Positions 36,061-51,000 of a stretch of 64,000 nt of DNA are shown here, piece by piece. The DNA is from Ascidiella aspersa. Lineage: Eukaryota. A model generated the notes under the pieces. That model worked only from the letters and a program-made list of their open reading frames with translations, searched no databases and was not told the origin of the DNA. Each line of letters begins with the position of its first letter. Position 1 is the stretch's first letter. Where the stretch lies: contig OZ004611.1 in NCBI GenBank assembly GCA_963924565.1, forward strand, positions 25,110,001 to 25,174,000. Reading direction: 5' to 3'. The position numbers and the translations under genes were made by a program.

Positions 36061-39000
36061 GATACGCTGATCTTTGCATACAAGTAGGCCTGCTGCTTGT
36101 TTCCATAAGCAAAGCAGGATGTACATCAGTTTACATGCACTGTTAATTTATAGCCTTACATAAGACAGAAATGCCTGGACTTTTTATAAAACTGTAAAAT
36201 AGCTTTCATCTGCTACTCTTCTTAAGCCTACCTTAAACTGTGAACTTGGTTAAATATGACATTTATATATTACTAATTTTTCTAGTGTAAGTTGGGTATT
36301 AATGTGTCTTGTTTTTTTTCAAATAATTATTTATAACCATATACTTACTCAACTATTTACAAGCATACGAGTGGCAGTATGTTTTTTATTTTTTTAAGCT
36401 TTGATCAACCGTATATGTGATATGTATATAACAAGTTCTTTAATGAACGCGCGCTTAAAAGCGTCGACGTTGCGTAATTAACACATACATAACAGGGATC
36501 GACTAAAGGTTATTTCGTCGAAATTGCGCCACGTGTGTTGTTTGTTCTGATTAAAATGCGTTCCTCTGATCAGCATATCGCGAACGTTTACAATCACCGT
36601 TGCGTAACTGGTAATATTTCATGATACTGACCGCATGTTGATTCTACATTTATTAATGAAGATTTAAACGTTTACCATGAAGAAAGTTTACATGAATACT
36701 GCTGGAGATGAGTGCGTTTTTTTCGCACTTGAGAGTGAAACATCTTAAATCTGTATCTTGTAAATATAGAAGCTATACTGCAAAACATTTCAGTCCACAG
36801 TTGTTTTCCGTATTTTAGCAACTTACACTCATTAGTTGTGTAGGAAAGTCATTGTTTAAAATTAAAAAAATATTCACGGAGGAGTAGTACCAATGCCAAT
36901 AGTTGTGTCGTAATATTTTCCCATGTTCCTTTTAACATTTAAAATATAAAAATTACGACAGCGTTTTGAAGTGGTTTTATTATTCAGGTCTCCAGGCTAT
37001 CCTCGATAATAAACAGAAATCACTCTACATAGCCAAAAAGCATTGTATAATATACAAGAAGTATACTTGCAGCAGCTTTAGGCATCATCCTCATCTTAAA
37101 ATAACTTGACCAATATAGAAACGGTTATTACGTCAGCCTGTTCAAATAGCAAAATACTTCAAATAGTACGCGACTATTGGAATAAAGAGGAAAACTTCGC
37201 TGAAATGCACACGGTAGCATGACGTGTGTTTGAAAACATAAACTATACAATGCAAATACAAAAGTTCTTAGCATCATGATTACATGTAAACACATAAAAA
37301 GTTTAACATAATATAATCTGTTTTTGAGATTTATTTATGTTTATTAGGATTTTAATATGGTCGTGGTTTCGTTAATGATGAATTTGATTAAAACATTTAA
37401 ATAAACAAAATGCAATTTATTGTCTTTCGAAATCCTATGAACTATCAAACTGACCACGTTTCCTAGTGATTTTATCAATAAAATGACCTATTTTGTAGCG
37501 TTTTCTTCGACATTTTAATATTTCATCTCTCAGTGCATCTAATCTTTGTCCAGCAGATTGACCGAAAAGGCTTTACGTGTTTAGCTATCGATTCGGAATG
37601 CGCCGAACGGAGGCATATCCGTGCAATTTTTGACTAAAACTTCACACTTCAATATTCTTCACACACTTCCAACTTTTGGAGTATTTGATTTGGCCAACTT
37701 TTTTTGCTATAGTAAACAACCGTCTTGTGTGGGTAACTTTTAAACCATCTTCTGTAAAAAATCGATATGGCCGGTCAAATGAGGTTTTTATTAGGTTATA
37801 TATTGTTGATGGGTTGCCGGGGTAAAGGTGAGAAGGCGTTTGTCACGTTGGTTAGGTTATGTGATGTCAAACTCACTGTGGACATCTTAACAACACAGTT
37901 GTAGCACTACCTTCAATTACTCCCAGTTATGGTACAGCGACTCATTCAGCAGTAGCCTATGGGTGACATACAACAGTACCAAATAGATGAAAACACTAAA
38001 TAAGGGCATTTCCTCTTCTAGAATTTAATATGTTCATATATCTATATAACGTCATTTTAAACGCATGGTGTGTAAACATTTATCGGAAATGAATATCGAC
38101 TTACTTGACCTGGTGTAGTTTTCTTTTATAAGAACGATTTAAATAAAATTGCATTATTTTAGAAACCAAAACAGTTTAGACTTTCTTGTCTCAGTCAAAA
38201 TCAGTCACTATAGGTTCTAGTTTATAAAAGAGAAATATATTTCGCCAATCACGGCATCATCAGTCTCTAAAAAACGAATACAAAATAATGTTAACACGTA
38301 AACCAGGTGGTAGAATTTCAAAATAATGGGAAAATAATCATAAAACCTAGAGCAACAAACTACGCGACCAGGTTAAAAATATAAAAATATAGAAGATAAA
38401 AGTTATAGGTATAGGGCTATAGAAAGCACGATAAAAAAAATCCTAAAATATTAATTAACGACTGTAATGACATCCTTTACGACAATATTAGACGTTGGAA
38501 ACGGTATGCAAAACGTATGTAAACCTTAATCCTTATATTCACCTAGCATGAAGCACGGATTTAAATCTCTGGTTCACATTAGGGCTTTCTGTCATCCTTA
38601 ATAAATAAACATTTTATATGTAAATCATTTATTTTTGTTGTTGTATAACCACAAGACCTGGATACCTAAAGGGCATTTAACTAATTAGTTTAAAAAGCAT
38701 TTATTTTTACAAAATTATAATATCTTTTCGCCAAATTTTGAATATCAGCCACAAACTAAGGAAATGGAATAAATAGTGTTTTGGGGATTATTGAAATGTC
38801 GGTATTTCCGAAATACGACTCATTGCGTCGTTTTCAACTTATTCCAGGTAAGGATCGGTAGACAACACCGATCCTTCCAAAATAAAACCAACCCTGACCT
38901 TCGGTCGGTTCTCCGAAATAACTTTGACGCATATATCCCGTCCTATATCCACGCTCTTGACAACAAAAGCGTTGCTTTGTGACGTAAGCGAAACGCGATC

Positions 39001-42000
39001 GATTAACAATCGATGTTTTAAAATTGGATACGCATCGTTGAGCATTCGCGTTTAGGGTCAATATTTCGCCTATTTTCGGGGTTATTCGTAAAGCCTAGGT
39101 TAAAACGTCAGTAGAGTCATTTCCCCGTTTTTATAGACAAATTTAGGAAATTTAAAATTTAGTATAACCGTCAAACTGTTTAGTAAGGACTACAAACACC
39201 GTTCAAAAACTGCTATTCTTTACGCAAAAATAAATGCGAAACATGTATTACCAAAATTTACCAACTGAAGTCGAAGCAGATATTAAATGCAAATTAGGTA
39301 TAGTCTGATGGTTTGTGGCCAATGTCTGAATCGAATAGTGATCAGAAAACAATTCTATGTGCCTTGGTATTCGCAAAATACTTTGTCTGAGTGCCACGTA
39401 AACCCCATATAATTTAAAATATTAAATATTTTCTGAAGTCTGCCTTATCAGCAATGACCAAGTTCTTCTTCGCCATGTTAACAACTATAAATTTATTTGT
39501 AACATTCACAAAATGTTCATTATTTCTGTATGGCTTTAATATATATTTTTAAGTGAAAGTACCTCCAGCCAATACGCTTCAAAATTTTAAATTATTTCTT
39601 CATTCCTATATTACTACCTTTTTTCTCAATGGAATACTTGAATTCTTATTTATAGGTTATTGTTTTGTCTTCCATGCCTTACAAACAATCACACGGTTTT
39701 GCCAGAGCAAAGATATAAACAACGCACTTTTTGTCCAAAAAATTATTTGTAAAAAATTGAAAAAAATTTAAGCAAAATAGATACCGAATTATTTAAAGGC
39801 GCTTCCTTAGTTGTCATTAGTGCGCGCCTTTCAGTGAGTTAAAATTAGTTTTTACTATAAAACGGTATCTTATATGAAGTCCGTTTTCAAGAGTCACAAT
39901 GTATAGTGATTTTATTGAATGGCCAGGTTATCTAAGGCGGTTTTTAAATACAGTCTGTAACCAAAATTTCGACTCGAATAACAAAACATTTTCGTAAAAC
40001 AAAATCCTTATGTCGGAAACTGTTAAGCATACCTTAAAAACAAACACATCCTGTATTTCAAATAATTTTAATGTTGTGTACGTCAATAATGAATTATCAA
40101 ATAAACAAGAAGCTATACGTTTTACAAAGACAAGAGAAACATTGTAGCAGCACGTGTTGCAGGATACAATACTAATAGATATAATTAGGAACTTTGAGGC
40201 TAAATAACTATCAAGTTTGTTGCAAAATTTGTTATATTAGAAAATGTTCGTGATTTTGTGTAAAATGTGCATTATTTGTCAAAAGTGAAAAGTGCATTAT
40301 TTGTCTTAAAACATAACACATGTGTCGGCTTAAACTTTAAAGTCTGAAAATCCGTAACGTATAATTTACGAAACAAACCTAATAAAATGTTTTCGACAAA
40401 ATTTGTGAAACAATCATTCAGATCTTTTCACATCTTAGTTAACCGCACTCGTAAGAATACCTTGAAAGGCTGGTAAATAAAAGAAGATGTTTTGATGTTG
40501 TGACGCCAGTTTTTTTTATTGCAAACTGACCTGAGTTTACGATGTGTGATATTCGTTATGCGTTCACCGTTTCCTTGACAGCTGCGTTTTGCGATGTTGT
40601 TTTTCGCATAAAGCGCATATGCTTTTACCTGGTCTGGCATCGCTTTAATCGCTTTACTCACGGAAATGCTTGCAGTTATGTCAAGCAACGGCCAGCCATT
40701 CAATTGAGGCGCAATTGTTGTTGGTGTGGGCTGCATCCTTTCGTCGTATTGTGATAAGCCCACGTTGCTAGCACGCATACCGACCGCGCGCTGAAGGATA
40801 AACAAACCTGTTTTTACTGCCTCGTCGAATATTCGCTGCTTATTTGCTGATAAAAAGAGTGGCGTGACGACCCTTCAAGAATTAATCGTTGCGTCCACAT
40901 CAGCAGGGAAATTGTTCATTCGTCGGGTTTAACGACGTTGCGAATCACGTTCAACTTAAAAGAGCGTCGAAAAGATAAAATGCAATGAATCTAATTTTTC
41001 AACCTGTCTATTACGTCAATTCAAGAATTGTTTAGTTTTACATATATTAACAAGAATATTTCCAAAAGCTTTAACATGTTGTTATTTTTCTATTTAAAGA
41101 AATAACGATGTATTTTTTAAGATTGTTAAAAGGTTTCTTTCACTGCTGTTTTACAAAGCTTTTGCCACCACTACAAGGAACCTATAGGAACCCGTTTTAC
41201 AACTTATTTTCATATTTGTATAAAGCAATGTGCCAAACAAAAGTTTGCCAGTTCCTCAGGCACAAAACTTGCACAGCAAATCGCCCAGAACAAACATGAC
41301 AGGAAAAGCTATAAAGGCTCACTCAGGAAGAAAAGCAGATAACACAATGAGATATCGACGGGCAAGTGGGTTAAATTTCAACTAGGCGCGTGGGGTGAAC
41401 AAAGGATTCTTTTGATAGCTTTGTCATTTTCAACAACTCCAACCGAGCTACAAAGTCAGTGAAGTATCGGTGTTATTAAATAAACTATTCTGCAGTGAAT
41501 AAGTTGGATTAAAAATGTTGTTTCCGTACTTATTTTTTCTTAGAAATACAGACAAATAAGTGATGAAAAAAAAGAACAGCTTTATTAAACACAAATTCGT
41601 AATCAATACGTAAACAAAAACTATTGTCACATGTTAAACCTGAAACGATATCAAACGTTGGTAAGACCTATACTTCGTTGTTTTTTCCAAAAACATAAGT
41701 TGTAAATAATTTTAGTACTTTAAAATATGTACAGCAGTTCTTGATTTTTAAATGTGTGCGGCAGTTTAAATGCTTTGAACTTATCTCCATTTGAGCTTAA
41801 ATTTTGATTGAACCAGAAATATATTTCAAAAGTTTGTTTTCCAGAATAAACTAACAAAGAATTCCATTATAACTATGGTATATACGTACATTGCTTTACC
41901 TTATCGCCTAACTAAATTAACTAAAACGCCGACTACAATTTGGCGGGATTTATAAGTTTAAAATGGTCAGTTTGCAAGCGCGTTTCTAGCCTAAGTAAAG

Positions 42001-45000
42001 GGTTCTATGCGGACTCTTAAGTTAATGATTGGGTGTTAGGATTTATATAAGGCTAACACATAGTAGTTTTATTTTCCTGTATTCGTCCAAGTAATGAATT
42101 CAAGTAAATGACCGAGTATTGGTCGCAAAGACATAAATTTTTGAGGTACAGTACATAATTGTTTACAAAAACCGACGTCAAAATATTAATCGAGTAATAA
42201 GTTTAAATCGAGTAATAAGCAACGTTACACTCTTTAAAATAGTGGGGAATCATAGAGTAGGTATTGTACTAGAAATAACCCAAATGATTAATATGTTTAA
42301 CAATTCAGAAAGAATTATGAGGGCAATACAAAAAAAGAGCTTAAATAGGTTTGATGGGCCAACACAGACAAAACTCAGCTGTGACGCTATCACAATCACA
42401 CTAAATATCTTCTTTGGAATTTATTTCAAAAGCAGAAGGTTTAATTTGAATAAAGAATAGATAACTTTATTTTTGTTTAAAAATATGAAAAGCTGTGTCG
42501 TGCTTTGAAATAAATTCTGTCTGACTTGTTTTTGTTATGGCCTAATTAAAATTTATTATCGTTCTGCAAGCTCTGCAGAACTTTGTTTGCCAGTTAAACT
42601 CCGCTTGTACTAGCCATACACTCACTAGAGTTTAACGTGCTTTAGGGAAGTTCATCTAAATATAACCTGACAGGCCCGAGCTTATATTGTCCTGGCGATA
42701 AGGATAAAGACCAGATGCTGAAGTTCCCAACTAACAAAGCGTTACAAAAACGCCTGTACAATTGCGTTTTTCTCTTCTCCTGTAAGTTTGGATATTAAAA
42801 ACAGTACGTTAGGACAGACAAACCTATTTCGTAAACAAACTTTCACCAGATCGACGGATTCACTGAACATGTTTAACGTTAACAATATTTTTTTGTTCAA
42901 AGCTTACCTATACTGCAAATTTACGAATACCTATTACGTGGTGAAAACAATTTTCAGAAGAAAATAATTTAACATTACAAGGTTGTTGGCATTATACAAA
43001 AGTATGATGCAACGTTTGTCGTTCAAACAAAAACCACAAAATCAAAAGATACGTCTTTTCAATTCGTATAACCTGCTATAAACAAATAAGTTGAGCTTTA
43101 CGATCATCACTGAAAGAAATAAAAATTTGCATTTGAATAAATATTAAGAATTTAAACAATTAAAAGAAAACAAACTTTTTGCCATTAAGAGTTGTTAGGC
43201 TAAAATGAGTTTAATGTTTCTCAATATATTTTTTTAGTTGTGACCATCGACTGCAGCGGAACATTGTTTGATTTTTCGGTGCCGGCATATCTCAGGAAAA
43301 TATTGATCAAAATTCCCAGTACAACGTGTAATAAAAGTACATACAAAGTGGGAATCCGTAACTACCATATATATTTTTGTGAATCTTGATCTTATATATT
43401 TTTAGGTTTAACTATCGGTTTTAAACTATAGGTAAAAATACAACGCGACGCGTACCGAAAAGGAAAGTGCAAATATTCGTTCCCAGTACTTACTTAATTA
43501 CTTTCGCATCCGTTGTGAGCAACCGCTGCCACATTTCGTTTCAGGGTCGATAACATCTGAAGGAGAATTGGAACCTACCCTTTATTAGGTTCGTTTCACT
43601 GGCGTGAAGCGCGTGACGTATTGGTATGAGGTTTAACTCCCGGGTTTTTTGGCGTTTCTAGCTAAACGAATTTTTCCGAAAATTGGAATTTCTGCTAAAT
43701 ATAGCTGACTGTTCATTTTGACAACAGTTTGGTGTTTAATCATTACTCACGCGTTTTAAACCACCAGTGTATTCGCTTCAAAAACATATCTCGTCTCCGA
43801 CAACCTAATTTATTTGTTCTTTTAAGTTTAAGATAATATGGGATAGATCGGCAAACTGCGTCTTGACAGTGGCTCTTCTGTTCGGAGATTTAACACCAAA
43901 AACAAGGCAGAGAGGTTTACATCATGTTTAAAAATCTGTGTCAACGTTTAACGACTGATTGTATTAAAACCTTGACAAGATTTCGTACAAACGTGATTCA
44001 TCAAGTCAAAGTAGATAACTTTACGTAAAAGTGACTTCTATAACCAAGACCTGATAAAGCACAGTTATGCGAAAAACTGTCAAGAGTTGAATACAATTTG
44101 TCGTTAAACAGTGCCAACTGATTTTTAGATTTTTTCTAGATTAGCAAACGTCTATCAACAAAGACCAATATTGAAACTTCGCTTCGTTCATCACTGCTGT
44201 GTGGTGTAACAAAACAGCAATGTTTTTCATATAATCTCTTATTTGTTACTGCTTCAATGAACCAAACCACGATGTATAACTGTTGCAAATGCCTTAAACA
44301 ACACAGTCTGTGAAAATCCATAATTTATGATTTCTTACGATGTTTTCAGTTGTTATTATGTGAGCCCAAAATAGCGCAAAAAAGTTTAAATTGTATTACG
44401 CGGCTCTTTGAAATAATGGATTTCAGCATGCGTCTAGTGTGCTAAAAAAGTGTCCACCCCTATAATAAGGCATAGAAAAGGGTAAACATTTTTTTAAATG
44501 AACATACAATCGTGTACATTTAAAGAGCCTTGTGCTTATATGTATTGTTGTAGCAAAACAAAACAGTTCCAACAAACGTAGACAATTGAATTGCGGTAAC
44601 CTAATTTCAATACTCAAAAGGAAGGAGGTCGAATTTCCAGAAAATACATCTTTTTTTAGTTTGAAAAATTTGAATGAAGGACCAATGTCTAAAAACAAAT
44701 TATTGTCGTTATCACTTTAAGGTCATTTTTGTAAGATTTGCTACGGTTTAATTTTTAAGTAGTTTATCAGCCTATTTTTAAGCACACATAAAGAGGAATG
44801 CGATTACGAATATCATTTTTTTAATGTTGCAGCATCAGGTTTTCGATTTAGAAAGATAACTTATTTTCCTAAAATAGGCATACACTAAAAAAAATAAAAA
44901 ATAATAAGCATAATGAGTAAATTTGTTCCAATGAACACTTTTAGGAAGCTTAGTGCGGTCGTTAAAACGCATAACGTATAAATAATACAACCGTGTAGGG

Positions 45001-48000
45001 GGGATCAAGGTTTTTGTTGGCATTAATTTTTTGGAGGATGGCGTCACTAAGTTAAGCCTATCTTAAAAACGCTGTTGTTATTGAGCGAACTTCGCGTGCA
45101 GCTGTATCGAGTCTAATAAAAAAATTGCAGTTATTTGGTTTTTATTGACAACTTTCAATGAAAAAGGGTACGTGACGCAGTAGGCACATAAAAGAGATTC
45201 GTATATTTGTTTAAATAGAATTCATAGTTTAACTTAACAAAAATTATTCTTGATAATTTTATGAGTTCACATGGCGTAACATGCCATACTATGTATGGAG
45301 CTTTGGGCTGAAGCAAGCAAGAACATGTTCATAGCTGAAAGAGACAAGAGCAAAAATTAAAATGGACAGAAGTTCGAAGCGCGAAAAACATATTTTTTAT
45401 AAGTAACCCTTTGCTTGATGCCGCTCCTGTATCCGTCCCTGCATCCGTCGTTTTTAAATGTTACTGTAGCACATTAAATGGGCCTCGAGAGTTTCAACTG
45501 GTCGTAGAGCTTTTACTTTAGAACTACTCTATTTATATTACAAAGGACATGCATACAGCATGCGAGACTTTAACACTATTATAAAATATAATTTTACGGC
45601 ATTTATGTGTAGTTAGGATAAATATTAAGCTATAAGTGTAATTAAAGTAAATACTAAATCTATGTGTACGCCTTTAGCGTCATGGGAGTTTTTTGTAGTA
45701 AATTTATAGTTGATCTTCTTCAATAAAAACCCAACCCACAAAAAATCACAGGAGAAATGTGCTTCACTATCACGGGTCGGGTATGTGTAGAAAAGGTTAA
45801 GTGTGAGTGTCTGTACGTCTCATTTAACTTAGACGACATTTCATTCCCCTCTATTTCAGTTATTTCTACGTACTTTCTTGGCAATTGACGTCACAGTGAT
45901 GTGCAATTACGTCATAGTAATGCGCAGTGGACTATTGTGACGCAATTGTTGGCGCGTTCGTTACGGTGGCAGGCTTTTCTAATCGATTCAACCGCGACAA
46001 AGAATATTTGTGTACTGGCGCTAGTTGCTAACTTCACAAGTGAAACAAACATTTGTTTTAAAAAGCTTCTTTTAAAACACCTAGTTCAACATTTCAAGTA
46101 ATTTCAAAAAGTGGATTCGAAGAAGTTTTTCTCAAATAACAATGACCCAGTGTTACGCCTAAATAAGGACAAACCATCAGTTTGTATTGATTTAAATCTA
46201 CATGTAAATCGACACCTATCAAACTGTGTGTTAGCTTTGCTCTGCGACTTTGGGAATAGTAGACTATAATTTATATGTTTTAATTTCTAGACCTTATTGG
46301 TTATGCATAGCTAGATTTCTTATAATAACGGACATTGTAAACCGCAGAATTACAATATCTGTCATTTGTCAATGTTAACACTGTGTCTAGCTTCTGCGAG
46401 AAACTATATGCATCAAAATTCCAAATTTAGCAATTTAGGCTTATATTTATTTTGAACCTATAATCCTAAAAATTATGTATAAACACAACTGTTTTTACAT
46501 GTAGTAAAACCATTTTTTTAAATAAAATCTATACTTTTTCGTTAAACAGTAATTTATTTATTAGCTTTCTGTTTAACGATGAAAGTATAAAATTTATGGT
46601 AAAAAAAGTAAAAAGCCAGTCAGTCCTAAACTAGCCGGAGGTACAAAAACTGGCACTAAACTTGTTTTACCTGCTGTTTTAATTAAAGCGTATAGACCAC
46701 ACCCATCAGTTTTGCTAAAATCGTGTTGTGATTGTGTCAGTTTTGCGTAAGCCACTTGATAGAAGTCACGTTTCGGACATCATCATTAAACCGGCGACCA
46801 CATACCTGTCTGGCGCAAAAAACGTCAGAACACGAACAAAAAAGGAAAGTCCAATGCAAAGCGCTTCGAAACGTTCGACATCGGACCAGTTGGGTTTTTT
46901 CTTGTGTCTAAATATACGCTGCTGTCAGCCAGCGCTCTTAAAAGACAACGGAAATTTTAGAGGCACACACAAAAAAGGATTATATAGAAGGCATCTTTTA
47001 TACTTCCTCAAAATGCTATGTTTCAAAACCCAGATCTTGTTAGTTTTGTTCTATGATTTGCATACAGAAAAAAGTTTTAACGCATACAGAAAAATACAGA
47101 AAAAAGTTTTAACTTTGATCAAGTTTAGAAGTGTAAAATCAATTTACATTGACGAAAAATGTCTTCCTAAATACCCCATCGTTTTATTTATTACGTCGTA
47201 AACTTAAAACAAAGGCTTTTCCAAGTTATGCTTACAATTTTGGTATTTAAATCATAGGTTATCACAACCACCCTACAGTATATTAAGAAAGATTATAATA
47301 TCAATCATAGGAGATACAGATTAATGTCTCGGTTAGAATAGTTAAGTTACATGTTTTAATCAAAAGTAGAAAAAGTATTTAAGACAATACATTGGTCAGT
47401 AGCATCGTGTAAAAGTTTTCAATATATTTGCCTTATTGAATTAAAAGTTTAGTTACATTTTACCTAATTAGTTACATTTACTTAAAAACCGCAACTTTCG
47501 GTTACTCTGGTTAAGTTAAAAACCGCCTTAAATGTTTGCTAGACTTTATAGGCTGAGTAGCGACGAATACAAGTTTAGTACACCATAATCTAGAAAATCA
47601 AATATTAAAACAATATATACATTTACACATTTGTTGTTACCAATAGGCATACACTCCAGCATTATGGACTTAGATACGCACTATCCATCACAAATTATTT
47701 ATATGAGACATTTACATAGTTTGTCGTGTGTTAAGGGCAATTGCAAAGTTGCCATATTGTTGTTCTGTTAAAAGTTTGCTGAAAAATATTCAAGATTTTT
47801 TTAGTGTGCCGTGAGCGAAAAAAGGTTGGAAACCACTGCTTTATAGGCTAAGCAGCGACTAATACAAGTTTAGAACACCATAATCTAGAAAATATTCCTT
47901 AATTGTCGAGAGAAATAAGCGTAACACGCGGATAATAATGTTAATTATTGAAACAATATATATAGACATTTACGTCCATCGAGTGCAGTGCTGTGGTAGA

Positions 48001-51000
48001 TTTTGTCACGTTTAAAGCTAGGACAAATTACAAATCGAAAATGAGCTGGGCCTTCAACACGTAGCAAGCGCCACACATGATCGATTTCGGTAACCCTAAA
48101 TCGCTTGAAGGGGTTTGCGGCTTTAGATTACCTCCGCTGGGATTTCTAGACATTCAAGACTCGAGCACTGAGTTTCGCATTTGAGTAGATTGCAATTTTA
48201 GCGCCTCGGTGTACTTGGAAAACTATTTGCTTATTGCTAAGTGCAGGAAGGTAAGCCAAACTTATTAATTTTCCCGTTTATAAACGAAATAGCAATGTAT
48301 TTGCAACTTACTAGCAATTCTGTTTCACAGACCAACGAAGGTTACGAAGGTTGAATAAAGCTTTAATTGTGTGAAAATAAGCTCTTATAAGCTATGATTG
48401 ATCCACTTTAAAATGAATGCAGGATTGCAAGCTTTTACAAAATGAATCTAAAAAAAATAAGAGTATTCAGAATAACACTTTGACATTTATTCTGAGATTA
48501 ACTGTACCTCACTATTTTTTGTTTGAATGTCAACACAACATTTTACCTATTACCTAAAATATAGTCGCAGTTTCACTAAAGAGTTATAAAAAATATTATT
48601 CAATGTCCCTTAACGAGTTACACCTGTTTCGGTATGTGACAAGCGTTTGTAACATTTGATTTGTAAATATTTTCTAAATGTGTGATTATAACATTTATTT
48701 TGTGTAAATAAATATTAACCCTGTTTGTCCCCTTAAGTATAGGCTTACCAGGCATACGTGCATTTTAGTCGGAACAGATACGATTTGTAGGGCTTTGTCC
48801 AAACGACCCGATTTGTAGGATTTAAAAATGTTTTCGTTAAACTTGGTCTGTTTTTACTAACTTGATGAAGAGTAATACCCGATGTGCGTCTTTTTAGTTC
48901 CTTGCATTAAATGTGAATATAATTCCTTATATAGTTACTATATAACAATCCATAAGTGTGCCGCGACATAATTGGAAATTTTTAGGAATCTAATTTTTGC
49001 CTAACTCTAACAACCTATTGTGTACGATTAGAGTGTATAAATCCAATTATAACTTCCTACGTTGTGTACAGTACAGTAGAGTTGATGTGTGTTGTGCCAG
49101 TTCCGTTAATGCACTATAGTGAATTACCTGCGTAAAAATCTTATGATGGGGGTGCTGCAAAATATTTATTATTTCTGAGGGGTGCCACGAGCCACAAAAG
49201 GCTGAGAAACACTGCACTATAACGTGTAATTGGTCCAATGGTGGGTTAACTTGTTAGGCCTTTGCTAGTTCAATCATGGATTGTCTCATTTTTATTGCAC
49301 TTTTGCGCGAGAATTGGTTTGGCAACAACAATCCATCTTAAGTTCAATATTTTGTAACGTCACGCCATGTCGTATTTTTATGACGTTACACTTAAATGGT
49401 CAATGAACCGATTTTAAGCCTAAAAATACGGTATAGCTAAACTTTGTGCCATGCCTAATGATATGCCCATCTCTATACGGGAAATCTTTAGGATATTAAA
49501 GAGACAGACAAAAGGTAATAGGAGAAGGATCAGATCCGACAAAGTTAAATGGTTTTATTTTCCGTTTTCTGCCTTCAAGCCGTGTAATAGATAGCTGCTG
49601 TTGTACTTAGGCCCGTTGATGGCTTACCCAACACATTTGAGCATAAGTCATGAACGAATGCAAAATTGAAAACTCAGGGTAATTTAATTGACCTACACTA
49701 TCCTAGCCCAAACACCAATCAAAAAATGATGTAGTATGTATTCCAGTGAAAAAATATTCTTTGCTTCAAATTATGTTTTATAAAGGTGAGCCACAAACGC
49801 AATGCATAAAGCAAAGTTATTTTAACTGGACGTCCTATTTTTTTACGGCTAAGCAAATAAACATTAACGGCCTAATTAATACAGTTAAGCTAATGATGTG
49901 ACCTCAGGTTACATCCACCAGTAAATCTGCAGCTATACATCTTCTGTTGATCGGCTTAAAGTCCTAATAGAGAATATATTTAGCCGGTCCGAAAGTAGTC
50001 AGGTAAACACTTTTTTATCTCTTTTCCACAAAGACAACACGGAACTCAATATCGAAACCGATCCAAATCCGAGAAAATGCTTCAGTGCAGGAATCGACAA
50101 TAGTAATTTTGGGAATATGATAAAAACGCTCAAACCATACATATTAACTGACATAATTTTGACGTCTATTTCTACGGACTTATTCAACTCTCGTATATAG
50201 ACTGTATTTGTATTACATTTCTTAGCTGCTTTAAATACGAGTGTGTTGGATTGTATGTTCAATGGTAATCACAGTTTAAAATTCCTTTAACCTATAGTTT
50301 ACCAGCTCCTAAATTTTAAGAATAGCCAATGTGAGTCAAACAATCAGTCAGGCAACTTTTAGTTGGGTAACTGAAAACATTATTTGATGTGCTATGAAGC
50401 TGATTAGATAAATTACATATAGTTGTTTAGTTGAGAAAAACGTTGGTCGATAAAGGCACTTAACATTTAATTAGTACAGCTTAGGTTTTTACTTTTGTTA
50501 TTGGGCAATTTATAAGGTTATAAATTTCTTGCTGTTTTTCAGACCCAATATCGCCCGGTACAGTTTCACCAAACTCACGTAATAGCCTATAACCTGTCCT
50601 AATAAAGAAAATGATTTTTTCATCAAGACAACTTTGATAAAACAAATATTGATGCAATCACTTACATTTTTGTCTAACTAGAATTTCGGTGCCGAATGTA
50701 TACTCACAACAGTCAACAACAAATAACATTTGATCGAGTGTGATATACTCGGGTCGAATATTTAGGTTAGCCTTGTACAATTAAATTTTGTTAGGCTATT
50801 CCCTTACAGAAAGTATGACTCGCACAATTGTATCAGCACTGCAAGCTTTCAATGCATGAATCAAATATGGTTCGAAACTAGGAATATTTTAGTGCTTCAC
50901 TCCTAGTATACAAGGCTATATATCTGCGCGCCAATTTAGACATTAAGTGGAATGTACTGTGCCCAGTTTATTTTAATAGTAAATGCTTTACATATTAAGA

